Assembly (NCBI GenBank): GCA_000002435.2
Contig: CM018793.1
DNA length: 64,000 nucleotides
Strand: one strand, 5' to 3'
Origin: Giardia intestinalis
Taxonomy: Eukaryota
The position numbers were made by a program, and so were the translations under genes. The notes under the pieces are model-generated. The model was not told the DNA's origin and did no database searches. It was given only the letters and a program-made list of their open reading frames with translations. This document shows, piece after piece, positions 1 through 11,900 of this stretch. The first letter of the stretch is position 1; each line of letters opens with the position of its first letter.

Positions 1-3000
1 AAGGCGGCCTTTCAAATGGATCCTTAACCAATCCTATATCCTCAAGGTGTACAGAACTGGTCAACCCTGAAGGCAGGCTACTCTCATGTTTATCCACATA
101 CTTCTTGTAAAGAGCGAGTTCTGGATTTATGAGCTGTATATTGCAGATATCCGCGACCGTGCAACTCGACCTTGCCAGCCCGACTAAGCCTTTGGCAACG
201 TGCTCGATATTTTGAACGGCCTCCTGATATGTAAACGGGGTATCGTCCTCTATGCTTTTGAAACGATTAAACGCGTCATCTTGAAACTCCTTAGTGGAAA
301 CGCAATATGTAATGACAAAATCCTCTAGAATTAGCTCTGCAATTATGTTAGCTAGAAACGCCTTATTTTTGAAAACCATCCCTAGTCTATGCTCATCGTT
401 AGCTTTCTTCCCTGCAGAGAGTTCTGTGTCCATTTCACGTACACCTCTCCGCTTGCTAGAAGATTCGACGGTTATCCGCTCTCCGTGAATATTACACGAC
501 GTAGCTGCCAGAATAGCCAGATATGACTGGCGAATCATCTTGAGGAGATCCCCATTAAAGTAATCCTCCAATGATTGTATGGTCTTCATGAGGGAGTCTT
601 TGGTGGAGTCGTCGCTAGGAAGATCGGCTTTATGTAGGTCTGTTAATTTGTCAATATAAGCCTGCAACTCTTGCGCTTTTTCAAGCCCGCTGGCATACTT
701 CTCGATATCACTGCTTAAAGCTAGAAAATTATCGTGGCGACGAGATATGAAAACTCTCTTGTACACTCTGAGAAGCTTCCGTGCAGAAAGCCACGGGAGA
801 AAGGCTATCAGATGGGTATAGTGAGGAGATATAAACGGCAAGTTGATGTCTGGACGGCGTCTGTAGATGGCTAGTGAGAGTGCATAGTGGGCTATGAATG
901 AAAAGCAGAGCTTAAACCTCGCATGGAAATCAGATGAGACGTTGATCGTGCGGACCTTATCACTGCTCTCAAGATTGGTTAAGGGAGCAAAGTCGGTCAT
1001 AAAATTAATCAGGGGGGCTGCTACCAAGTCTTCTATCGACCCACCCCCATTTGCAAGGCATGCATAAGCAGCGAGCGGGTCCAACAAATAGCGTCCTGCC
1101 CAGATGCCAAGGACAACGCTCTCGCCGTGGTAATGATCCTCTATTGCCCGGTAGTCTACCTTGGGGTGCACATACAATCCAGGGAGATACTGACCCCTAA
1201 AAAGCTCTGGTGGAAGCGCATCTTTTTGCAAACGTGCCCCGGTCTCATCCAACTGCAAACCATCAAGCGCAAGTCTAGTGGCAACACTATACATTTTAAC
1301 GTTACCAGTGGTGAGAGAAAGCTTCTGTCTACAGAGGCGAATCCGATCATGTGCCTGCGAGACGGGATAGAGATTCCAATGGAAGGGGCTGCTACTTATG
1401 ATGAGATTTGTAGACGTCTTAAGCATGCTGCTAATAACATTCAGCATTATGTCTCTTTGCCTTTGAAAGCTAAGTCGAGCCCCTTCTTCTCTGTGCGTAC
1501 CTCTAAGTATGAAACTGGGATCATGCATCATACGGAACTTCTTACTATATAACGACATTGGGACATCAGCAGGGATGCGTAGGAGATTGATTCTTGTTAT
1601 GTTGTAAGCTAATGGCTGTCTCTTAAAGAAGAGATCATCTATGAAGAGCGGATTTCCACTGATCAAAGCCTTCTCTAAACATGGGAACTCCACGTTTCTC
1701 CACTGATCTACTTGAAAATTGGATCCGGAGGCATCGTTCGCCTCTTTTCTTAAAAGACTTGCCTCAATGTATTTTGGTAGTGGAAGGTTGAGATACTGAA
1801 GTGTGGCCTCCAAGTTTCGATACGTTGAGTCACTAGTAAACCCGCGGGATAAGACCCCAACCGCACAAACGCCGGAAGAAATAATGTAGTCGTGAAGCCT
1901 AGCTTCGTCCAGGATGCGTTGAAACTCTGATTGGCGAGAAGAGTAGACCTGCAATGCAGGCTCCAGAACCTTGAAGAGCTTTTCACGGGGACAGCTGACA
2001 AGGGAGGCGAAGATGGGATCCAAGGATCTGACAAGCGCTCTGTACTCGTTCCGGACCTGCTCGCACGCTTTTTCAGTGCGCAGAGGGTTGGGGAGCTGCT
2101 CATGATACTGTGAAAGAATCAAGTGGGATACGTACCGGCCGTAGCGGTCTAACACGACAAAGGTGGTGCAGTCGTGTCCAACTCCTGCTACGGATAAACC
2201 CAGGTGCTTGTCGTCTCTAGATATCTTTGACTTGTTCACAGAAACAATCCTATGGGGTATGCATATCATAATTCGGAAGTGTTTGCACGCTCCTACAAAA
2301 CTCGGAGATTTGTTGCGTGTAGAGTCGATGTCAAACGGAGTTTTATTTTCATTATAAAGCGGAACCAGGTTTGGCTTTTCACGTCGCTCCTTATCTGTTT
2401 GGCTCATGGTTGGCTTTTGCAAGCGGAGAGGATTATATTCTGGGGTGGAAAAGCGGATGCTCAACGAGTGAAGCGCCTGCGTTTCTAGAGCCTCTATTGC
2501 ATGACTATGTAGGACCTTTATGAGATTCTCCTGGGCTCGGAAAAGAATCTTTGACACAATATCGTCTAAAAATGTATTACAGTTATCGTACCAGCATTGG
2601 AAATTGTCGGCGACAATCTCGTGCAGATCACTGATCTGATGACCACTCCGTTCTTCCAGTCTACGTTGTGTCAATTCCAGAAGGCTATCAAATGATGAGA
2701 AGTCATGCAACCGGTCTAGATGGTCAAAGAAGCACCCATATGGAAAAATAAAGGCTGAAACGGCCTCTTTTAGCTCCCCAAACTTGCACACGTCGAGAAC
2801 CTTAGGGCACACAACTAGAGGATGCTTCGTCTTAGCTATTGAAAACTCTATCCTCGGAGTCACTTTGTTTGAGGCAGGAATACCCTCGTGAGACGAAGCA
2901 CGCTTGGAGCACTCATAGATCTCGTTAATATATATAAATGCAACGCGATTGAATCCCTGTGCGTAGTACTTGCTGAATAAATACAGAGGTGCTTCATGGA

Positions 3001-5832
3001 TGTAGCACACACTGGAGAATATATCATCTACATTAACTACATAGGATGCTTCGCTAAATAGAGACTTGTATGCAACTGGATCCTCCGTAAATTCTGACAC
3101 AAGCCCTTGACTTGGGACATTTCTGCGCTGAGAGACATCTGCCGGCAACTCGACTGAGATAGCCCCGAACTTGAGCAAGAACATCATTGTCATGTATTCT
3201 ACGATCGGATTTGACTCCAGATAACTTTGCAAATACACCTTAACGTTTTCGAAGAATTTAAACTTCATCTCTTCTGGGGTAACACCAAGGTATTCATCGT
3301 CTTGCGAATAGTATCTGGATCTGTGAGTGACCAGTTTATATAAGTGCGGAAATTCTTCGGGCTGCTCCCCTTCTATTGCTCTTTTATAGATAGTATAGAT
3401 CTTGGAGATGGGCATCTCGGCCGCCTTCTGCGCATAGATAATTTGGATTTTATCCAGAAGCCGCTTTCTAAACAGTTCTGGGCTTTCTGTATAACCTAAA
3501 CAGCTCTCCAGTCCTGGCGGGACGTAGTTTTCATCATCTATCATACTTGCTTGCTCGTCTGGAGAGAGATCCGTATAGAAGGTGACTTCTCTATCCTTAA
3601 TTTGGTAGAACTCCATGAGAGTACGAGCAAATAGCTCGTCAGTCATGGTGTCAATATACTTGGCCAGCAAAGTATCCACTGAGATGGAGCCAAAGTAGTA
3701 GATGAAAAACGGTACTGGATAGGTGTTGTGCTCTGTGGCTGCTGAAGCAAGCACGATATTATATACTAGGTCATTGACAGACGAAGACGCGGCAACGGTA
3801 GAAGTAGAAGTATTAGGGAGAGTCTTTCCTAGAAACTCGTGAAAAAGAGCGGATGCTGTCTCTGATATTGGCAGAGAGCATTTATTAAAAGAAAACGGTG
3901 CCAAGAAGGTTGAAACGACATAGTTGAGAACACGGATACGTTCAGAGATCGAACGATAGGTGAGCAATCCTATGTATTCAATCATGTCATGACTATCAGC
4001 AAGTAGGGTATCCATGGATGCAAAATCAATGGGCGCATCCTGCTGTATTTGAAGTTTGAAGCTGGCACATATACCAGCTAGTTTCCTAATGCATCTTCCG
4101 ATGTGATCTGCAGCCAGAATGTCTGTGCTGTTCTTTACCCACTCCTCCAGTGTTTCTGGAATGAAGAGGTGACCCATGTAGTCAGCAGCCTTCTTGTAGA
4201 GTGACGCGGTCTTAAGGCCGTGGACGTCCAGTTCATCAAGCGTGTTGAGCGTAGCAGATAGTAGGTCCCTGATTGTAGCGTCTTTGAAAGAAGTATTATC
4301 TAATAGCATGGGCCCAATATGCTCGCGAATGGAGACATCAGAAGAGGTACTTCTACACAGTCGTTCATGTATAACACATACATTGTGCAACTTCGTCACC
4401 AAGAAAGACGCGGCAGCCTGTTGAATTCGATAGACAGTCAGATCAAATGCAAAGCCCACCAGCTCACGCTTATGTGTTACTTCGTAGTCCTTGGGGATTA
4501 GCGCGTGCTTATTAATCCCTCCGTTTGAGGATGGCCTATACATGTCACTGAACATCGTAGGGGTGTCGGTAGCAAGCACAACCGACCCTACAAGGTCCGT
4601 CATTGCTGAACTATACATGTTCGCTTCAGTAGCAACAACGGCTGCGCTTACCCCCTTGGTAAACTTCTCGATAGCAAAGAAGACAAATTTGATCGAATGG
4701 AGGAGGCGAACGTTGTAATTAAGGATCTCTTCTACCTCAGCACATATGTCCTTCTGTGCGCGCTTCAGTGTGTCGTTAATAGCGATGTCTTGACGTTCTC
4801 CATAGGAGCGGTCCAGTAGGTGATTCCCACTATCTGTGCCGAGATAGATCATGTCAGCAGCCAAAAATACCTCGTATTTAGATGTGATTGTCTCCATCTT
4901 CTGTTCTACCTGAAGGCTCTTGGCAAGCATGATGGCAACATCAGCACACGTGCCTGAGGAAAGATGACTATCTGAGGGATACTCCGAAGATGCACTGAGT
5001 ATGATCTGCTCAGAATTCACGGCAAGAGTCCCGATATCTTCTATAACATCCTGGATATCTAACTTAAGCTTAGCAAACAAGTCCATGTTCTGCAGATCTG
5101 CATTCAGAGTCCTAGTATTTTCAATTTCAATTATTATATGCAAGAGCTCCTCTAGGTGTCGCGTTGTGCCTTTCAGAGTAGTCAAAATTCGAATGAAAGA
5201 AGCAGAGGAAATGTGAAAGACATGGTTCATCTGCTCTGCTACAGCTGCAATGTCACGAGGCACGACTCTGGTTAAGGAGATGGTTGGTATAGCGCGAAAA
5301 TCAGTACAGCTGTCCACGAACTTCGCCACAAACTGGGCAAAAGGCTTAATCGCTAGGACATACGGTTGCGTCTCACCTAGGACAGAGCGGTCTAGAAAAG
5401 ACGCCTCAAAAGCAGAGGGCACAAAGATATCATAGAGAACGGCCACGGTGATCTCGTGAAGCAGACTGTCCTGGTCCACATGGTTTGGAAGATGGCGGCA
5501 TATTTCCAGAAAGAGATGCTGTACAAGCTGTGTCTCATTGATGAACATCGAGGAAAACCTTCGGCCGATGTTACTAACCTGGAACTCATCTAGGGCGCTT
5601 AGCTTCTGTAAAATCTTGCCTTTCTTCCGTGAGGTCTCGCCTCCTGCCTTGCTCCTTACCTTATGGCGCTTGACGACACTTTCCTTAAAGTTCTTAGAAG
5701 CAAAATAGTTTTCTAGGGCGTTGTCTCCAAAAAGATCCTCCATTGGATCATCGTCAGTCTCGGACGATTCATCCACGTCGTCTTCAGTGTTAACAAAGCT
5801 ATAGTCTTCGGACTCGTGAGACTCGTCGGACA
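1..5832 (-). CDS. Large hypothetical protein, N-terminal ~1,943 codons; C-terminus lies beyond the window start
   Basis: Reverse-complement translation from ATG (complement of cat 5831-5833; MSDESHESEDYSFVNTEDD...) runs without a stop to position ~1, so the ORF has no in-window stop and is absent from the ORF track. No other ORF longer than 140 aa exists in this 5.8 kb. No recognisable catalytic motif seen. Confidence 0.6.
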
Positions 5833-5900
5833 TATCTCTCTACACCTAGAGCACCTTCTGGCAACTTTTTTTTCAATCGCTCGGGCCAGTTGAACTTCTT
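5833..5900. promoter_or_regulatory. 68-bp divergent intergenic region with a T8 tract, shared by two giant genes; presumptive bidirectional promoter
   Basis: The ATG of the minus gene (5832) and the ATG of the plus gene (5901) are 68 bp apart, with a tttttttt tract at ~5867-5874. Giardia core promoters are short AT-rich elements immediately upstream of the ATG (established knowledge). Confidence 0.5.
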
Positions 5901-8900
5901 ATGAGCTTTCAGCTCCACGTCTCCCCTGGGCCTTCCCAGCAGTTGCTGCACCAGGGGATAGTTGTCAAGTACTCTGGGTCCACCTCTGTGGCAGCGCAGA
6001 AGAGTCCAGTACTCTCCGACAATTTGAATGCCTGCACGGCTTCAGCCTTATCGAAACAGATTGCAAAAGTAGGAACTCTCAGTTCTCATAAAGTCATAGA
6101 CATATCTCTTTGTGATGACGCGGCATATGTTCTACTCTCCACCGGACAGCGCCTGAAGCTAGCCGTTACTCCTCCTGAGGACCAAGCCGCCACTTCCCTT
6201 TTTACCTCCGCTCCTGTCGAAGACTTTGTAGCCTGGCCAGCCCTGTCCTTTCCGGGGCCAGAGTATCTTGCATGCCAGACGCGAGTCGTAGTCGTATACA
6301 ACTTTCTATTCAGGCCCTCAAATGTATCTACCAATGTTTTGGCAGAACAGCCAGATAATGCTGCTGGCGAGGGTTCGCAAAAGCACCTTTTTTCGTATGT
6401 AGCGCTTATTTTCAGCAATCCACAATTTCTACCAATGAACAGATTGCTTCTCGACGGTAACTTTCTAATTACTAACTGTGCATTTGATGAAAGCACAGTT
6501 ATAGTATCTCTTCTTTCCGGTCATATTCTATTTATAGATCGTACACAGCAACTCCAAAAGCACAATGTAATTGACTCCAGCAACTATAGCTATTACGGTT
6601 TAATTTCCTATGCTTCTCTTGCTTCGCAATTAATGAGTGACTTCCAGTCAGCCTTTTCAGGCAATTTCTCTTTCCGTGAAGCGATCCGCCTTCTATCTAT
6701 CTCCCCCTCCAAACACGTTCCATTCATTGCATTTCGTGGTTGTGACTTTATCCTTGCCATGCCACTAGGATGTATTTTCATATTTACAAGGCATAGACTA
6801 CATGACGGTGGCTCTAGTCGCCTAGTTCTTTCTCACGCCACAGTGACTCTTCCATTTGTGCGCCATGACCTCCCTAACAAGAGCTTCAAGATAACGCACT
6901 ATGCGGCAAGCCGAGTTTCTTTCTTCCTGCCGGTCAGTGATACCATACTGATCGTTGGCTATGATAATTCTGTGATTCAATATTACTGCTGGGATGTTGA
7001 TGGAATGGCACATCCATTAGATGGTGTGGATCTTTCTGCGGGAAGGATAACCCATATTCACGCTGGCTTGATGCTTTTATCAGACTCCAGGGACTCGGCG
7101 TCCAGTTCGAGCACCTCTGGGCTTACACACCCAACACAACCATCTAACATGGTTCCCGTTAAGGTGCTTATTGTAGCGACCATTGGCTCGTCGCTTTTCT
7201 TTGTTGTCCAATGCTTTCCCAAAATGGCGCTTATTACCACCATTTCTGCTCCAGAAAGATTTATCGACTCTGGAAAAATCTGTTCGCCTACTAATCAGCA
7301 GTTTTCCCCTATACTTATTTACACTGCAATTGATGGGTCGCTACGATATACCCACTTCCCGAACGGGTATCTATTCCGATCCGGTCTTTATGAATCCGGT
7401 GAAACTGCTCAGCATCACGAGCGGCCAGACAAGACAGTTCAAAAGATTACTTCACTCCTTAAAAATGTCACCTGTCAATATGAGAGCGATGAGTCTGCAT
7501 CTGAACTTAATGTACTTAATGATAGATCTAAGGCCGCCATTCCTGCGTTTCTACTTAGTTCTAGTGAACACGAAGCTTCTTCGCACTCGACAGAAGAACA
7601 CAATAGGCCAAAACGATCCATTTTGGACATAGGTAATATAAAGACTGAGCCCACTGGCTCTTCCCACCGTAGAAAACGGCCCCGAAAGTTAACCAGCATT
7701 GGTGCACGCTCCAGTCTTTGGACTCCGTCAGTTCACAATAAAGTGTTAGCTCTGGGTGAGCCAGCCGAACCTGAACTGCTGCAATCGATAGAATCGCTTA
7801 GTATTTCACCATTCGATAATAAGTCTACATCTCCCCATGTAGCGCCAACATTTCAGCTTGCATGTAGACCCTTTGAACAAGTCAGTGTTCAGCTCGGTAC
7901 TGAGCCGCTTCTGGTGGAGCTCCAGGGACTATATTCGCTTCTAGGGACAATACACCGAAGGAAGTTAGAGACGGGAGAACGGGTGTCCTATGATGATAGT
8001 TCTTTGACCAGACTTAGCATTATCCGCAACACCCACGATCTGATCAAAAGGACAGCACTTATGACACAACGAGTTACAATCTCAGAATACCAGAAGTCTA
8101 TCTCCCCCTCTATAAACATTCATAAGCTGTTGATGTCACCAGAAAATCTCACGCGCGCAACAGAGCTACTCGCTAGAAACGACCAGATTTTTCGTTCATC
8201 CAGAAACAGAATTCTGCCTCACGTTCGAAATGCATATCTCCACCTCAAGTATGCTGATAGAGTAACTGGAAAGGCGAAAAAGAGGCCAAGTAGCCCTTTC
8301 CGCTTGGCAAGACCCTTGGCCAATCAATTTGCCCCACTAACTAAAACTGGCTCCCTGACCTCCACCATATTCTCTGGTCCACGAAGATCCTTGAGTTTAA
8401 AACCATATGGAAGTCATCGTGGTGTGCACGGTCACCTTAGTGCTGAACGTGTCCTGAAGCACAAGGGGAGTCATGCGTTTCGGTATCTCCCTATCCTAGC
8501 CCGGGATCTTATGCTCGATAATGTCTATCCTGTTCTTATGGAGCCAGAATACATTTCACGAAGTGCATGGTCTCCCTCGCTTAAACCCCGTGAAGGACCA
8601 CATCACCTAACTAGTATTATAATGAGATCAAGAAGCAGGCAAACAGAGCTAATCACTCACAGACATACGGATAACTTCATTGGTGTACTCCGCAGCAAAG
8701 TGCTTGAGAAACCGGTAGAAGGAACTCTCAATAGAGTCAAACACAAGGAGAAGGAAAGGGCCCGCCCCAAAATAGTAGTTAACAGATATGAGCATATCAA
8801 AGTGATAGACAAAGAGTTATTGAAGGACCTTCGCCGCTTCAAGGCGCTCAGGCTTGGCCGTGACTTAGGAGGTAGAATTCTTCGAGACAAGGCAGTTCTT

Positions 8901-11900
8901 AGTGCTCTCCTGACGGGTAAAAATGCCTCTGAGAACCTGAAAGGCCTTATCGATCTTACCAACCACGATAGCATGTTCCTGGACGACATTCTTTCTATGG
9001 GTAAGAATATCATTAGCATACTCGATCCTGAAAACGACTGCATTCTTGAAAGCATCCCAGCGTCTAGAATGGCAAGCAGTCGCAAAGGCCTGAGACCTGG
9101 TAATCTCACTGATCATGAGAGCTCCACTCAAATGGATGCCGTCGAGATCGCTCGTCTTATTACACCAAAGGATACTTCGTTGAGGACTCTGCAGCACAGT
9201 AGGCCACCTACTGCAGAGCAAAAGGATCTCTTTGGGTTTGATCTAATGAACCAACTGCTTCGTAATTTCGACTATAGACTAAATCGGAGGCGTGTGCGGA
9301 GCGGCATAAATGGCATCATCACTGTTTCTGATGAGTATACCAAAACAGTTTTGCTCCGAAGATCAGCCTCGTTGCCAACAATTGAGACCCTTAATAGAAA
9401 CAGGATTGATTTGGCCACAAAACTAGATTCCATTTTGGGCCATGAGATGGGGATAAGTAGATGGGATGAGGACGCAAATCGTAGCTATCGTGCACGCATC
9501 CTTTCAATAGATCGTCTTTCTGATCCTGAGAGCAGCATTTGGGATACTGAGGAAACGTTCAGCTCTTCCTACAGCTCTGTGCCGAGCGATTTAGAGGATA
9601 GCGGGGTATGTATTCCTATGCCTGCTACAAGTTTGGTACCATTCGCTGCACGGAACTGCTTTTCAGCAGATGCGCCTAGACGAGTGAAGTTGTCGTTAGA
9701 CAAAGACCCTCTTCCTAGAAGATCGTATTCTGCTAGGCGAGCCGCTGAGGCGACACTCATAAATCTGCAACCTTTAGACACAGACCTGTATGCTACTCGC
9801 ATAGCTACCTGTGGAACCATAGATTTAGGAATAGATCTGGATAATGACAGGGCAGTTACTCCGACAGGACGTGTGCACCCTGATAATGTTGACAGTTCAG
9901 GCTCAGAGGGTCCTTCAGATAGCGATGTGCCCCGCTTGAACTCCGGGACAAGATCTCCGAGCCCTACTACATCGTTGTCTGATACCATATCCAATGAACC
10001 CACTGAATACGCACCATCTATCTTCGGCATTAGAGGAGAGTTTGATCCTAATCAATACGTCGTCTCTTCGTCGTATCTCCCTGACCTTTTGCTTCGTGCA
10101 GCGCTTCAAGATTTAAAAAAGCAAATGGCGACTACGAGCAATACAAAAAGGCCTTTACCCCTGCTTCGAGACGATTGTTCACAAATATTTAAAGCATTGC
10201 GCAAACCATCTATTATATCCAACATCAAGGTTCAGAAAAAGCAAAGTCAATACGGATACAACCCGTTGTCCCGGTACTGCATGCAAAACCATATGTTTTG
10301 TCCGCGAGAGCACTTCGAGCTCCGCACTCTAGCCACGAGAGATGTAGCTCTTGATGTAAAGCGGAGAGCATATTCATTTGATAAGCTGGAGCCTTTAATT
10401 CTCGCTAAAGAAAAGTATGGACAAAAGCCCATACAGTCCCAGCGTGCGCATAACCATCTTCTGAATGCTGACCTTAACGACAACACGTGCCTGTCTAACT
10501 GTCCAGATTGGTCGCTTAGAGACGATTATGACTATCTAAGTTTTAAGCCTATAAAGAGCAGAAGATGGGAAAGAAGAGGATATGCTGACCATACCGGTGC
10601 ATCGCTTATTACAAACCAACAACGAACCCCGCCAATAGTACAGCAATCTACAACCGTTGCCCCATATACTTTTGTTGGAGACGAAGACCATAGAGCTGCT
10701 GTTAGACTCAAAGCGTTTACTACCCACGCAGAGACCCTGGCCCTAAACCGGATAAAGCGAAGACAAGCAAGCACTCTGCCACTTATTACAAAAATGAGGG
10801 CCTTTAAGAAGCTTTTCACCAGAGAACTATACGAGGATTGGGCCAGATTGTATCGTCACAATGTGATCAGAAGGGATACCCTCTACGATGATCAGTTTGA
10901 GGTTACCGTCATGAAGCCAACGTTTCCACTATATTATCATGTAATGACAAACAAAACTGAAATGGACGGAATGATCAATAACATAATCAACGACGAAGCC
11001 GACGGCTTAGAGTCGGTTGTGCATGCAAATTTAGTGGTTACAAAAGCGCAGTTTCCCTTTTCTGGTCCTCAAAATCAGTCTATCGATTCTCTCTTTGACG
11101 ACATGCAGTTAGCACTAGGCTCATGGCCCGAGCAGCAGTCTGAAGAAAGCATGATACCACATCATTATGCTCTTCCTCCTAAACCACCTTATTACAACCC
11201 GCGAATTCCTGTTGTTGACTCCTTCGATGGATTCTATGATCCTGCTTCTATTGTTCCACTGGAGCCACTCCTTCCAGAAGGAGAGGACGGAATCCAGCTG
11301 CAAATTGGCGTGTTTACACCATATGCGTTTTGTCTAAAGAATCCCGAGTTTGTTGATAACGAAAAGCTAACAACGGTTTTAAATCCAGTTGCATACATGA
11401 GCTGCAATGACGTTATACTGAGTTCTTCTCACTGTGAGAAACCGCATAGTTTCCTAGCAAAGCATTTAAAGGAGGCGGGATACCCCCTGGCTGATGGTAC
11501 TGACAATGAACCATTAGACTTGGAGCAACTAGACTCGCGACAAGGCTGTCTAGCATCCTTTGATGTCAGAGTCAATGAGTTTATTACATCTTTCTTTAGT
11601 CTTTCCGAGGCTAGATCAGAGGACCTTCCAAAATACCACAAGGGTATCTATGCTCACTCAGTTCATTCATTGCCGTCGCATACAGAAGGTTTCCTTCCCA
11701 GGGTTCGGCTTTCCATGCTCACAGTTGGGCAGGCAGCAAAGACAGTATTCATACGATATTTTCAATCATTCACGCCAGTGCAGAGGAAGATAATGGCCCA
11801 GACTGCGTCACGAGGCATTACCATTGATTACAACCGGCTTAATTATGTTCCATATTCATTTTTGCAGCTACTGTTGCTCTACTCCACTGCACTAGCAATC